Origin: Defluviitaleaceae bacterium | GTDB taxonomy: Bacteria; Bacillota; Clostridia; Lachnospirales; WRAA01 | Assembly: GCA_009780015.1 (NCBI GenBank) | Contig: WRAW01000004.1 | Location: forward strand, 1-59,524 | DNA length: 59,524 nucleotides | Direction: 5' to 3' | In this document: one piece after another, positions 1-10,183 of the stretch | How the letters are laid out: each line of letters opens with the position of its first letter | Numbering within the stretch: the stretch's first letter is position 1 | The notes under the pieces: model-generated | The model's database searches: none | Told to the model about the DNA's origin: nothing | Seen by the model: the letters and a program-made list of their open reading frames with translations, nothing else | Translations under genes and position numbers: made by a program

Positions 1-112
1 ATTTCCCTCTGAACGTATTTCGCAGATCATGTCTCTGCTTAATAATCGTCCCAGAAAATCGCTTGGTTTTAAAACTCCTGCTGAACTGTTGCTCTTGACT
101 TGACAATTCACC
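1..112 (+). mobile_element. Right end of an IS30-family insertion sequence; terminal inverted repeat about 87-112
   Basis: TGTTGCTCTTGACTTGACAATTCACC overlaps the transposase stop and resembles Firmicute IS30 right ends. Confidence 0.75.
2..103 (+). CDS. IS30-family transposase, C-terminal fragment cut by the window start
   Basis: Frame 2 reads FPSERISQIMSLLNNRPRKSLGFKTPAELLLLT*. The LNNRPRK-LG-KTP motif is the typical IS30 C-terminus. Confidence 0.85.
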   Translation, partial: FPSERISQIMSLLNNRPRKSLGFKTPAELLLLT

Positions 113-192
113 GTCCCCGCGAAGCCCGATTTTGGCTTCGTGGGGTGGAGTTCGACCAAAAATGTTCCGAAAAATCTATTGTCGACACACCC
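113..192. mobile_element. Palindromic MITE-like element with a type-B end (...ACACACCC-TA); left part displaced by IS30
   Basis: Contains hairpin cassette Y (115-146). Ends GACACACCC|TA like the copies at 21282-21407 and 59277-59326. Confidence 0.65.
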
Positions 193-397
193 TAGGAAGC
201 TGTGACGCCCGGGGCCCCCGCGAAGCCCGGGTTTGGCTTCGTGGGTTGGACTGAACGAACCCGTAGTGGTTCGCAAGGATGCTGTGTGCCGGTGGCACAC
301 GTTTAGCATCCGAAGCGCCAGCGTAGGCGGAATAGCTGACGACGCAATGCGGCAAAAAGCCAAAAAAGCTCGAAGCCGCTTGTTGTTGGGCAGGCTC
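193..397. mobile_element. Right part of a type-A MITE-like element (core, cassettes Y and X, end CAGGCTC|TTA)
   Basis: Core TAGGAAG..GACGCC...CGCAAGGA...GCTGACGACG; cassette X at 280-331; the terminal GGGCAGGCTC is followed by TTA, which is the stop codon of the next gene. Confidence 0.65.
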
Positions 398-628
398 TTA
401 ATCCTCGTAATCGTGCGCGGCTTCGACAAGCATCTCCTTGAATACCTTTTTGTCGAATTTGCAATCAATTTCGATCTCAAAATCCTCAAGCTCGTCGTAC
501 TCAAGAGAGTAGCTTACAGAAAACGCCGCCGACAAGTCGGACTCAAAAAATACTTCGCCCTCGACCGCCCAAATGTCGTCATTCTTGTCGATGCTTATCA
601 CTACTACTTCGCTTATTACCTGTGACAT
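398..628 (-). CDS. Small acidic hypothetical protein (76 aa)
   Basis: ATG at 628 with a GGAGGA RBS. The ORF-track extension to 670 runs into a repeat element. Confidence 0.7.
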   Translation of the reverse strand: MSQVISEVVVISIDKNDDIWAVEGEVFFESDLSAAFSVSYSLEYDELEDFEIEIDCKFDKKVFKEMLVEAAHDYED

Positions 629-656
629 TTCATTCCTCCGGGATTTCGTTAATCTA

Positions 657-781
657 GAACCTGTGTACAATACCGCTCAACGCCGTCTGAAAGGTCAAAC
701 TCCACCCCGGGCGTCGCTCCTTCCTAGATTGGCGAAAAATTGCCACTTCCAGCCGACATTTCGGGTATTGAACACAGGTTC
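657..781. mobile_element. Type-A MITE-like element lacking cassettes X and Y
   Basis: TIR GAACCTGTGTACAATAC / GTATTGAACACAGGTTC, flanked by CTA/TTA. Confidence 0.8.
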
Positions 782-818
782 TTAGTTATCCTATGTATAT
801 GTTTAGTCCCATGCTTTG

Positions 819-2186
819 TTACAACGGGATGCCCCTTATCAGAAGCACGGCCGTCTCGATATGCGGCGTCTGAGGAAACATATCAGCCGCGATAACCCTC
901 TTGATAGTGTACAGGCCGTCGGCGCACAAGCCTTTAAGGTCGCGCGCGAGTGTGGCCGGGTCGCAGGAGACATATATAACACGCTCCGGCCCTAAGCTTC
1001 TCAGAGCGGCGATTACGGCAGGGTCGCAGCCCTTGCGCGGTGGGTCAAGTATTACAACGTCCGTGCTCGTCGTACTCAGGAAGCCGCTCAAGACATCTTC
1101 GGTCTTGCCTGCGGCAAAATCGGCGTTGGTGATACCGTTCAGCTTCGCGTTAGTTCGCGCGTCTTCCACGGCGGATTCGGATGACTCTATCCCAATAACT
1201 CCGGCGGCGCGGCGCGCGGCTATCAGCGATATCGCGCCGATTCCGCAGTACGCGTCGATCAGAGTCTTAGACGCGGTGAGTTCGGCCATCTCCAGAACCT
1301 TTTCATAGAGAAGCTCGGTAGCAGCGGTATTGACCTGGAAAAAAGACGGAGCGGATATCGCGAATGTTGTGCCGCACAACACTTCCCGTATATATGGATC
1401 GCCCCACAGGATATTTGTCTGCGAACCCATTATGACATTTGTCCGCTCCTGATTGACATTGATACATATCGAACATACTCCGTCTTTGTTTATCAGCGCA
1501 GGAAGCAGCCTGTCCACATGCGGAAACGCGGATCCGTTGGCTACGATAACCACCATTACATCGCCCGTGGCAAATGCTGTTCTTACCATAATATGCCGGA
1601 TAAGCCCAGTGTGCGAAGCCTCATCGTAAGTCTGTATGCCGGTCGAGTTAATATAGCTCTCTATGGATCGCAGGATAGTCGACACGCCCGGATGCGCAAT
1701 ATGACAGTCCCGAACCGGCACAAACCTGTGCGAATGCGCGGCGTAAAGCCCGGCCGCGGCCTGGCCGCCGTGATCCTTCTTCACGGGAAACACCGACTTG
1801 TTGCGGTAGCGATACGGATTCCCGGCGGCAATGACTTCATCCACCTTCACGCCGGAAAACCCGCCGATGCGCCTCAGGCTGTCCTGAGCCCTGACCTCCT
1901 TGGCGGCAATCTGCGCGTCATAGCTGATGTGCTGGAGGCTGCATCCGCCGCATTTTTCATACACCAGACAGGGCGGATCTTCTCGGAACGGCGATCTCCG
2001 GTCAATATTCTGGATTGCGCCGTAAGCGTGGCTACGCTCTGTTTTTACGATTTTAACCGTTAAAACGTCTCCCGGCGCCGCACCTTTTATAAAGATGGGG
2101 ATGTCCTTGTGCTTTCCCACGCCAAGGCCCTCACTTGTCAAGCCGCTTATCTCTAATTTTTCGCATATCTGATTCTTAGTCACCAT
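819..2186 (-). CDS. rlmD: 23S rRNA (uracil-5)-methyltransferase, RlmD/TrmA family
   Basis: N-terminal TRAM domain, CxxxxxCGGC cluster motif, SFFQVN, LDPPRKG, YVSCDP and DMFPQT motifs. Confidence 0.93.
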   Translation of the reverse strand: MVTKNQICEKLEISGLTSEGLGVGKHKDIPIFIKGAAPGDVLTVKIVKTERSHAYGAIQNIDRRSPFREDPPCLVYEKCGGCSLQHISYDAQIAAKEVRAQDSLRRIGGFSGVKVDEVIAAGNPYRYRNKSVFPVKKDHGGQAAAGLYAAHSHRFVPVRDCHIAHPGVSTILRSIESYINSTGIQTYDEASHTGLIRHIMVRTAFATGDVMVVIVANGSAFPHVDRLLPALINKDGVCSICINVNQERTNVIMGSQTNILWGDPYIREVLCGTTFAISAPSFFQVNTAATELLYEKVLEMAELTASKTLIDAYCGIGAISLIAARRAAGVIGIESSESAVEDARTNAKLNGITNADFAAGKTEDVLSGFLSTTSTDVVILDPPRKGCDPAVIAALRSLGPERVIYVSCDPATLARDLKGLCADGLYTIKRVIAADMFPQTPHIETAVLLIRGIPL

Positions 2187-2192
2187 GTCCCT

Positions 2193-3134
2193 CTAGAACG
2201 TCGTCCGACGTACATTCCTTCCGAATATTTTGCTGTAACCGGCCCACGCGCTCTGTGGGTTGCCTGCTTGCAAAGCTTCCTCAAACATCGTTATTTTCGC
2301 GTCCGCGTTGTCGGCGGTATAGAGTATGAACGCTTCAATGGTCTGCGGAAGCTTTGGCGACCCATACTCGAACTCCCCGTGATGCGACAGCACACAATGC
2401 TTGAGCAGCGCGGCAAGCCTCGGCGGGAACCCGGGTATTTCGGCGGCGGCCTTTGTAATGAGCTCCGAGCCTATAACGATATGTCCCAGTAATTGGCCGT
2501 CGTCTGTATAGTCGTTGCTCGGAAACGGCGACAACTCGTAGACTTTCGCGATATCGTGCAATATCGCGCCGGCGATTAATATGTCGCGGTTGACATACTT
2601 GTAGCGCGGCGACAAAAATTCGCAAATACCCACCACCGAAAGCGTGTGCTCCAGCAGTCCGCCCATATAGCTGTGATGATTGGCCTTCGCGGCGGAGTGC
2701 GTCTGCACTGCCTCCTTGATATATTCGTCCCGAACGATAATAATCTCCAGCAGCTCACGTATGTGCGGATTCGACACGGACGCGATAACATCGGTCAGTT
2801 GACTGTACAGCGAGGCTATATCCTTGTCGGTGCAAGGTATATAGTCCATAGGCTGATACTCGCCCTCCTGGCTTTTGCGTATCTTCGTGACTTTTAGCTG
2901 CAGATCATTCTGGAAAGACGTGACTAATCCGTCGATCTTGATAAAATCATTCTCCTCGAACGACTGGATATCATTTGTCATATCCCATACTTTCGCGTCG
3001 ATCATTCCCGTCTTGTCTACGAGCTTGAGCGAAAGGTACGCCTTGCCCGACTTCGACCTAAGGCTTTGCCGCGACTTGCAAAGATAGTGTTCTATAATGC
3101 GGTCGTCTTCTTTAAAATCTTCGATATATTTCAT
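2193..3134 (-). CDS. yhaM: 3'-5' exoribonuclease YhaM/CBF (OB fold plus HD domain)
   Basis: OB fold (YLSLKLVDKTGMIDAKVWD), HHSYMGGLLEHT, LHDIAK and SHHG..EYGSP motifs. Confidence 0.9.
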   Translation of the reverse strand: MKYIEDFKEDDRIIEHYLCKSRQSLRSKSGKAYLSLKLVDKTGMIDAKVWDMTNDIQSFEENDFIKIDGLVTSFQNDLQLKVTKIRKSQEGEYQPMDYIPCTDKDIASLYSQLTDVIASVSNPHIRELLEIIIVRDEYIKEAVQTHSAAKANHHSYMGGLLEHTLSVVGICEFLSPRYKYVNRDILIAGAILHDIAKVYELSPFPSNDYTDDGQLLGHIVIGSELITKAAAEIPGFPPRLAALLKHCVLSHHGEFEYGSPKLPQTIEAFILYTADNADAKITMFEEALQAGNPQSAWAGYSKIFGRNVRRTTF

Positions 3135-3417
3135 GTTTACCCCTCAAAATTTTCTGTGGAGTCCATTATACAAAAATTGTCTTCATGATTCAAGCATGAG
3201 TTGTATATGTTTCCATAACATTATGTAAAAACGCAGGGTTTGAGCCTCGGTCACTATGTTATACAAGCGCGCTATTTTAATATACATAACAATATTGTAT
3301 AATAAATACAGTGTTTCGTCAAATTATGACAAATTACGCCATATTCCGATGATTTATGGTGCTAATCTTGTATAATATGATTGACGGCTTGGCACAATAA
3401 TTGACAAGAGGTGACAT

Positions 3418-3864
3418 ATGTACATTGTATCTAACAATCTATCCGAAATACTAAAGCAAATTAGACACGAACGCGGCCTAAGCCTTAGAGATTTCAGCGA
3501 AATGTTGGGCATAAGCCACGCATATCTCAACAAGCTGGAAAAAGGACGAGACGTCCGAACCGGCAAGCCCATCACCCCAACCATTGAAACCCTTGTTAAA
3601 ATTTCCGAAGGCTTGAAAATTCCAACCAAGAAGTTCATGAACATATGCGGATATTTCGAGAATAACCTGTCGGCACGCGAACCATATCACGGTGACAACA
3701 TTAACATAGACACCGAGATCAGCGCGATTATCGCGCAAATAACATCCGATATGACCGTAACGGTCGGTGAAACTCAAATAAGCAAAGACGCCAAGGAAAG
3801 CTTGCGCGAGGAGCTCCGCCAAGTGCTCATGAAAATCCGCAAAAACTACGACATAGAAGGATAG
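3418..3864 (+). CDS. XRE-family HTH transcriptional regulator
   Basis: HTH LKQIRHERGLSLRDFSEMLGISHAYLNKLEKG; GAGGTG RBS. Confidence 0.85.
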   Translation: MYIVSNNLSEILKQIRHERGLSLRDFSEMLGISHAYLNKLEKGRDVRTGKPITPTIETLVKISEGLKIPTKKFMNICGYFENNLSAREPYHGDNINIDTEISAIIAQITSDMTVTVGETQISKDAKESLREELRQVLMKIRKNYDIEG

Positions 3865-3890
3865 CGGCCTGCCGCATAGTTTTTTACTTA

Positions 3891-4049
3891 GAACCTGTTT
3901 ACCAGTTTTTTGCCGTTCCAGCATGATATGGCGCCGCGTACCTGTAGAGTACGCAAGGGAATTGACGAAGAATGACGGAAAACCGGGGTCGGCTTCGTGG
4001 GGTGGAGTCTGGCCGCCAAGACAAGGGCGAAAAGATGGCAAACAGGTTT
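3891..4049. mobile_element. Degenerate type-A MITE-like element
   Basis: TIR GAACCTGTTTACCA / TGGCAAACAGGTTT, flanked by TTA/TTA; core GCCGCGTAC..GTACGCAAGG; partial cassette Y. Confidence 0.7.
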
Positions 4050-4143
4050 TTAGGTCACAGATCACAAATAAACGCCATGCACATTATGGAAAGAAAGCTC
4101 CATAATTGCACGGCTTTTTCAAATTATTCATCATCAGGATTAA

Positions 4144-4353
4144 GAACCTGTATTCAGTACGCCGGAACGCTGTCTTGGCGGCTGAACTCCACCCCACAAA
4201 GCCAAAATCGGGCTTTGCGGGGACCCCGGGCGTCGCTTCCTCCGCCTACGCTGGCGCTTCGGATGCTAAACGTGTGCCACAGGCACACAGCATCCTAGAT
4301 TGGCGTAAAATCAGGCTCGCCAATCCAACATTCCGGGTACTGAATACAGGTTC
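4144..4353. mobile_element. Type-A MITE-like element with cassettes Y and X
   Basis: TIR GAACCTGTATTCAGTAC / GTACTGAATACAGGTTC with a TAA/TAA duplication. Confidence 0.85.
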
Positions 4354-4428
4354 TAACAGGCGGCTCAGCTTTACCACCGGTCGGCCGGGCGCCTACCTCT
4401 GCTCAGCGACGTTGTTTTAACAAGGTTC

Positions 4429-7400
4429 TTAGGATGGAAATTGCTTTGCCTCCTCGGCGGCTTCTTCAAAGTGGCTATGGAGAACATGGGCGTCGATCCT
4501 AGCAAGAAGGTCTGTTACCTGTGAAGACCATTTGTACTCGCGCAACTGCGACATGGCTTCGCTTACCACATCGGAATCATAGTTTTCGCACGCCGTTGTT
4601 ATGGTTTGCAGTTTGTCGCGCAAAAGCTCCAGATCGTCCTCGACATATTCGTCCGATTCGGGTTCGTCGGGCTGCAGCTCCGCCACTATGCTTTTAAGAA
4701 TGGCAAGGAAGCTGGGAGTGTGCCTGGCCATGCTTTCGGTGTCGCCGGATCTGGCGGCGCTCTCAAGCTCGGCCGCAAACTCGGACAGCTTTGAACGGTC
4801 GATATTTGCCGCGGCGCTCTTCATGGCGTGGACATTGATGGTGTAGCTTCGGATGTCGTCGGCTGTGTAGGCTTCGCGGCGTGTATGGATATCCTCCAGT
4901 ATTCCGACGACCCGCTTTGAATCCCTTATAAATGACTCGACCAGCGGCTTAGGAAGATCGGCTGCTTGATCGCGCGCGATAGGTCTGTGCTCGGCAGGCT
5001 TTGCGGCGGCGCTCTGATCTCCGGCTTGCTGCTTTGCAAGCGCGGCGTCACGCCGTGCCGCTGCCAGGACTTCGGGCGTCTGCTTGTCGCGTATAAGCCG
5101 GCTCAGGTACGAATTTAAGTAGCGTACATCTATCGGTTTCGATATAAAGCCGTCGAAGCCGCTCTGCATAAACACATCCGCCTGACCGATGATCGCGTTT
5201 GCCGTAAGAGCCACAATAGGATGCGTGTAGCCCATCCCGCGGATACGCTTCACCGTCTCTATCCCGTCCATATCCGGCATCATGTGATCCATGAATACAA
5301 TGTCGTAAACATTGCCTTCCTGGATCTTATCAATGGCCGCAAATCCACTCTCGCACGTTTCAATAGTCAATCCGTAGGGCTTCATTAGATGCTTGGCTAC
5401 GTACAGGTTCGTATCCACGTCGTCTACCACAAGCACCTTGCCGTAAGGCATATATTCACGTTCCAAATCCGCCACCTTCTTTATCGAGCGCTGACCTGTT
5501 TCAAGATTCTGCAGACTTCCGGCAAGAGCGGCGCCAAGCACTGTTTCGCCGCACCTCTTGGAAGGTATGCGAATATAGAACTTGGTGCCTGCCCCGACCA
5601 CACTGGTTACCTCTATCCCGGCGTTCATCAGCTTGGCCAGATTATAGACTATGCTCATACCCAGGCCCGTACCCTCCACGCGTCGGTTGGCGGCCTCGTT
5701 AAATCGTGCATAGTCTTCGTGCAGCGCGTTCAACTGCTCCTGGGTCATACCCTGGCCCGAGTCGCTGACGCAAATCGCCAGCACCACGTCGTCGGCCTTG
5801 CCGCTTTGCGGCGGCTCCACCCAGAAGGACAGCTCCACCAGCCCTTTTTCCGTATACTTGAACGCATTGGACAGAATGTTGTTGATTATCTGGCGGATAC
5901 GTATCTCGTCGCCTATCATTTCGGCCGGGAGATTCTCGTCCACATGTATTCTAAACTCTATCTGCTTGCTGCCCAGGTACAGGATGTTAAGCTGCACGGT
6001 GTCGTTGATAAGGCTGCTGACCGCGTACATCTCACTGATAATATCCATCTTACCGGCCTCTATCTTCGACATGTCCAGGATATCGTTAATGAGTCGCAGA
6101 AGAGTGTTGGCTGAATTGTAGATTTTGGCGAATGACTCCTCGACATGCGGGGACAGCTTTGAGTCGCGCAGTTGTATCTCCGAAATACCTATAATGGCAT
6201 TCATGGGAGTACGTATTTCGTGGCTCATGCGCGCCAGGAACTTGGTCTTGGCCTCGTTGTTCTCTTCGGCTATTTCCAGACGGCGCATTTCCTCAAGCAT
6301 CGCTTTTATAACCCGCTGATCGAACAGATACGCGGCTACCACGTATTCCCCGTTGTACATAAGGCGCACAAACGTGACGATTACGGGAATAATGCCGCCC
6401 TCGGGCTTTTCAAGCTCCCACTCGAACTGGCTGTAGCCCTCGGAAATGGCTTCGTTGAACGACGCGCTAACTCTTACCATTTCCTGCATATCCAGATATT
6501 TGTCTCTGATAAATATTTCGCCGAATTTCCCTATGCACTCACCCTTTGTTGAAAGACCCAGCAAGTTCAGCGTCTCCATATTGCAATCAATTGCCACAAA
6601 ATGATTGTTCAACAAATAACACGCCAACGGCGTGGCGTCAAGCATAAGCTTTGAACGCTCGTCGGCTTCGCGCATCATCGCCAGGCTCTCCTTGAGCTCC
6701 CGAAGGTCTCGGCTATACACGGCCACTCTGCTGCTTTCATCGTGACCAAGGCGTACAAAGGTCGTGTCACATGGGATAAGGGTGCCGTCCTGCCGTTGGT
6801 ACGTCCACTCGCAGTGAGCGAAACCTTTGAGGAAAGCTTCTTCAAAGAGTTTTTTCAAGGCGCCGTACGATTCTTCGCCGTTCGGCTGTGTTTCAGGGGA
6901 AAGATTCCATGCGTTCTCTTCGTATTCCAAAATGGTATCAAGATCAAATCGGCTCAGTATCTCGTAGTTGCAGTGAAGCAGGTTCAAATCCTGCGTCCAG
7001 AACTCTACACCGATAGGCGCGTTATTAAGCAGCAGCTGGGCTCGCTCATTAGCCTCGCGTTCACGCTCGGCGCTGGCCCGCAGCTCGCTAACGTCGCGCA
7101 TGTATACCAGCAGGGCGAAGCTGTCTTCGTATTCGATGCGCACAATTGCGATTTCACAAGGCATCGGACGCCCCAGGATAGTGTTGTGCATCCACTCGAA
7201 TTCAGCCCTGCCTTCGTCCGCCGCTTTCATGAAATAGTACAGCGCAAGCTCGTTGGACGGCGTACCGCATGGCTGTAGCACCGGCGAAAGCTTGTCATAA
7301 CGCGTCAGATAGTCATATTTGGAGCTAAGCCCGAACATATTCAGACATTGCTCGTTGCAGTCGATGTTGTTGAAGTTTTCGTCAAAGAAGCCTATACCAA

Positions 7401-10179
7401 GCGGTGAAGCCTCGAACATAAGCCTTATGCGCTCGTTGGCCGCTTCCATCTTGGCCATGGCCTTCTTTAAATCACGCATATCGCGGCTGTAGGTAACTAC
7501 AATCGGCTCGGTATTGTAATTCATGCGTACGGCGGTTACATCGAACGGAATAACCTCGCCGTCCAGCCTCCGGCCCACAAATTCAAAGTTCGAGAAGCCG
7601 TTCGTAATCGCCTCCTTCGTCTTCTTTGTCCAAAATTCCCATGACGAAGTTCCGCATGGCTGCTTTATCGGCATTAGCCGGCGGCGTATCTCGAGGAATT
7701 CCTCCGTACCGGACAGACCAAATATTTTTACGCCTGTCTGGTTGGTGTATATGCAGTTGAAGTCCTTGTCAAAGTATTCAATAAGCAGCGGAGTATGGTC
7801 GAACATAAGCTGTACGCGCACACCGGTCTCGCGCTCGCGCTCCTGCGACGCGCGAAGCTCGCGAAGATCGCGGCTGTACGTCACCACCATCGTCTCGCCC
7901 TGGCTCACCACACGCACGCATATGACCTCGCTCGGTATCAGCTCGCCGTTAACGCTTTTATGCACAAAGTCGAATCGGCAGCGGCCATCCTTCATCGCAA
8001 GCCTGAGCTGAGTCATCCAGACTTCCGACGACTTCGCCCCGCAAGGCTGATACTCGGGCATCAGATTCATAAATTTTTCGTAAAATTCTTCCACGCTTGA
8101 CAGACCAAAGGTGCTAAGCCCTTCCCTATTGGTGTACACACAGTTGCACTCGCTATCCCAAAATTCTATTAACAGCGGCGTCGCGTCAAACATCAACTGC
8201 ACGCGCACATTAGCCGCGCGTTCCTTGGCCTGCGATTCCCTCAGTTCGCGCAAATCCCTCATGTAGGCCACCAGCGCAAACCCGCCCGAATACTCTGTGC
8301 GCACCAACGTGACTTCGCATGGGATAGTCTCACCGGATACGCCGCACTGCGTCCACTCAAACAGCGCCATACCGTCTTCAGCGGCATAGCTCAAATTTTG
8401 AAGCATTTTTATCATTGAAGGCGTACCGCACGGCTGGAGCGGCGGAGCAAGCTCGTAGAAACGCTCCAGGTATTCGGCTTTGTCCGCTACGCCGGATATC
8501 CTCACACACTCCTGATTGCAGTCGATGATGTTGAAGTTTTCGTCCCAAAAGTTGATTGCCAGCGGAGCCGCATCCATCATAAGCTTAGTACGCTGTGTGG
8601 CCTCGTGCACTTTCTCGGCGGCGCTGTGCAAGTCCCGCACGTCCCGTCCATATGTCACAACTACCGGTCGCCCCTGAATCATCATACGAACGGCGGATAT
8701 TTCCAGCGGAAGCGATTCTCCGTTGTTCGGATTAATCATCACAAAGTCGAATTTATGGCTTCCGTCCTTAAACACTTTTCGCAACTGATTGTTCCAATAT
8801 TCCAGCGAAGACAGGCCATCGGGCTGCGCGTTTGAGAAAACTTCGGTAACGCGCCTGTCATACTCATCCTTGTCGCGAAAATCCATCATCTTTAATGCCT
8901 CTCGGCTGACGCCGGTACAGCGAAGATCCTCGTCCCAGCACTCAATTAACAACGGGGCCGTGTCATAAATAAGCTGTATGCGAAGATTGGCCTCGCGCTC
9001 CTTTTCAAGCGCTATTCTGTATTCGCGCATGTCGCGGCCATATGTCACTATCGCGGGCCTGCCCTGCGCCGTAACCCCCACGGCAGTGATCTCCATCGGT
9101 ACGATCTCACCGGTATCCGGTATCTTCGCCGCAAATTCAAACTTGCGGAAGCCTTCGTCCATGGCCGTACGCAAATGCTTTTTCAAGTACTTCAAGGTTG
9201 GTGTGCCGCAAGGCTGGTACTTGGGCATGACCTCGCTAAAACGCCGGAAATATTCCTCCCGGCTCTGCATACCGAACATCCTGACGCCCGCCATGTTGAC
9301 ATATGTGCAGCTTAAACCGCTGTCCCAGTACCCCACAAGAAGCGGTGCGTCGTCGGAAATGATCCGCGCGCGTTCGCCAAGTTCCCGTTCCCTTGCCATC
9401 GAGTCGTGCAGTACGCGAACATCCATCGCGTATGAAATGCATACGTAATCGCCGCCCATTCGGCAGCGCACAACCCATACCTCCGACGGAACAGGCGTAC
9501 CGTCCGGCATTTGGTGCATCCAAAAAAACCTGACGCAGCCGTCAGAGAATCCTTGCGCAATATATTCTTTCGCCCTTTCGTCGGATAGTCTGCCGCACGG
9601 CTGGAGTTTTGGAGAAAAGTCGGAAATCCTATCAATGTATTCCTGCCTACTGGAAAGGCCGTAGCGTCGCACGGCCTCTTCGTTGCAGTCTATGATCTCA
9701 AGTTTACGGTTCCAGAAGTCTATAGCAAGCGGCGAGTGCTCGAACATCAGCTTCAGTCTTTCATCGGCTTCGCCTGACGCGCGTTCCGCCTGCTTTCGGC
9801 AAACGGCATCCCTGGCCCGCAAAAGTATCACCGGCGAATCGCCGGGCATACACGTCAAATCCACTTCAAAACAGAGCGTCCCGTTAGTTTCGTCGTCTAC
9901 ACATAGCTCGAAGCTTACCTTTCCGTCCTCCATCGCCTTGCAAAACATCTCTTGAAACATCTCAAACGAATAAATGCCGCAAGGCTGGAAGGGCGGCAGG
10001 CGCTCAAAAAAACGCTCGGCAAGCTCATCCTTGCCGTGGAAGTTAAACTTTTCGCACGCGGCTGAGTTGGCGGCCAGTACCCTTAGCTCAGAGTCAAAAC
10101 AGACGCAGGCCTCGGCGAATGTCTCGAACAGCATCTGCGGAAGCCGCAGCGGATCCAGCCCCAGCACGTCATAGAACAC
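4429..10179 (-). CDS. Cytoplasmic hybrid histidine kinase: 10 PAS, HisKA, HATPase, REC, Hpt (start uncertain: GTG 10179 or ATG 10134)
   Basis: Nine P..QP(C/D/N)G PAS repeats plus a tenth; H-box MSHEIRTPMNAIIG; G boxes DSGQGM and GTGLGM; REC VVDD..FMDHMMP; Hpt VHAMKSAA. Confidence 0.92.
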   Translation of the reverse strand: MFYDVLGLDPLRLPQMLFETFAEACVCFDSELRVLAANSAACEKFNFHGKDELAERFFERLPPFQPCGIYSFEMFQEMFCKAMEDGKVSFELCVDDETNGTLCFEVDLTCMPGDSPVILLRARDAVCRKQAERASGEADERLKLMFEHSPLAIDFWNRKLEIIDCNEEAVRRYGLSSRQEYIDRISDFSPKLQPCGRLSDERAKEYIAQGFSDGCVRFFWMHQMPDGTPVPSEVWVVRCRMGGDYVCISYAMDVRVLHDSMARERELGERARIISDDAPLLVGYWDSGLSCTYVNMAGVRMFGMQSREEYFRRFSEVMPKYQPCGTPTLKYLKKHLRTAMDEGFRKFEFAAKIPDTGEIVPMEITAVGVTAQGRPAIVTYGRDMREYRIALEKEREANLRIQLIYDTAPLLIECWDEDLRCTGVSREALKMMDFRDKDEYDRRVTEVFSNAQPDGLSSLEYWNNQLRKVFKDGSHKFDFVMINPNNGESLPLEISAVRMMIQGRPVVVTYGRDVRDLHSAAEKVHEATQRTKLMMDAAPLAINFWDENFNIIDCNQECVRISGVADKAEYLERFYELAPPLQPCGTPSMIKMLQNLSYAAEDGMALFEWTQCGVSGETIPCEVTLVRTEYSGGFALVAYMRDLRELRESQAKERAANVRVQLMFDATPLLIEFWDSECNCVYTNREGLSTFGLSSVEEFYEKFMNLMPEYQPCGAKSSEVWMTQLRLAMKDGRCRFDFVHKSVNGELIPSEVICVRVVSQGETMVVTYSRDLRELRASQERERETGVRVQLMFDHTPLLIEYFDKDFNCIYTNQTGVKIFGLSGTEEFLEIRRRLMPIKQPCGTSSWEFWTKKTKEAITNGFSNFEFVGRRLDGEVIPFDVTAVRMNYNTEPIVVTYSRDMRDLKKAMAKMEAANERIRLMFEASPLGIGFFDENFNNIDCNEQCLNMFGLSSKYDYLTRYDKLSPVLQPCGTPSNELALYYFMKAADEGRAEFEWMHNTILGRPMPCEIAIVRIEYEDSFALLVYMRDVSELRASAEREREANERAQLLLNNAPIGVEFWTQDLNLLHCNYEILSRFDLDTILEYEENAWNLSPETQPNGEESYGALKKLFEEAFLKGFAHCEWTYQRQDGTLIPCDTTFVRLGHDESSRVAVYSRDLRELKESLAMMREADERSKLMLDATPLACYLLNNHFVAIDCNMETLNLLGLSTKGECIGKFGEIFIRDKYLDMQEMVRVSASFNEAISEGYSQFEWELEKPEGGIIPVIVTFVRLMYNGEYVVAAYLFDQRVIKAMLEEMRRLEIAEENNEAKTKFLARMSHEIRTPMNAIIGISEIQLRDSKLSPHVEESFAKIYNSANTLLRLINDILDMSKIEAGKMDIISEMYAVSSLINDTVQLNILYLGSKQIEFRIHVDENLPAEMIGDEIRIRQIINNILSNAFKYTEKGLVELSFWVEPPQSGKADDVVLAICVSDSGQGMTQEQLNALHEDYARFNEAANRRVEGTGLGMSIVYNLAKLMNAGIEVTSVVGAGTKFYIRIPSKRCGETVLGAALAGSLQNLETGQRSIKKVADLEREYMPYGKVLVVDDVDTNLYVAKHLMKPYGLTIETCESGFAAIDKIQEGNVYDIVFMDHMMPDMDGIETVKRIRGMGYTHPIVALTANAIIGQADVFMQSGFDGFISKPIDVRYLNSYLSRLIRDKQTPEVLAAARRDAALAKQQAGDQSAAAKPAEHRPIARDQAADLPKPLVESFIRDSKRVVGILEDIHTRREAYTADDIRSYTINVHAMKSAAANIDRSKLSEFAAELESAARSGDTESMARHTPSFLAILKSIVAELQPDEPESDEYVEDDLELLRDKLQTITTACENYDSDVVSEAMSQLREYKWSSQVTDLLARIDAHVLHSHFEEAAEEAKQFPS

Positions 10180-10183
10180 ATTA

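Noticed and set aside
573-4420. Short ORFs sharing PTFRVLNTGS (573-785, 4106-4420) as a peptide family
   Set aside because: The shared residues are translations of the element TIR, and there is no RBS support.
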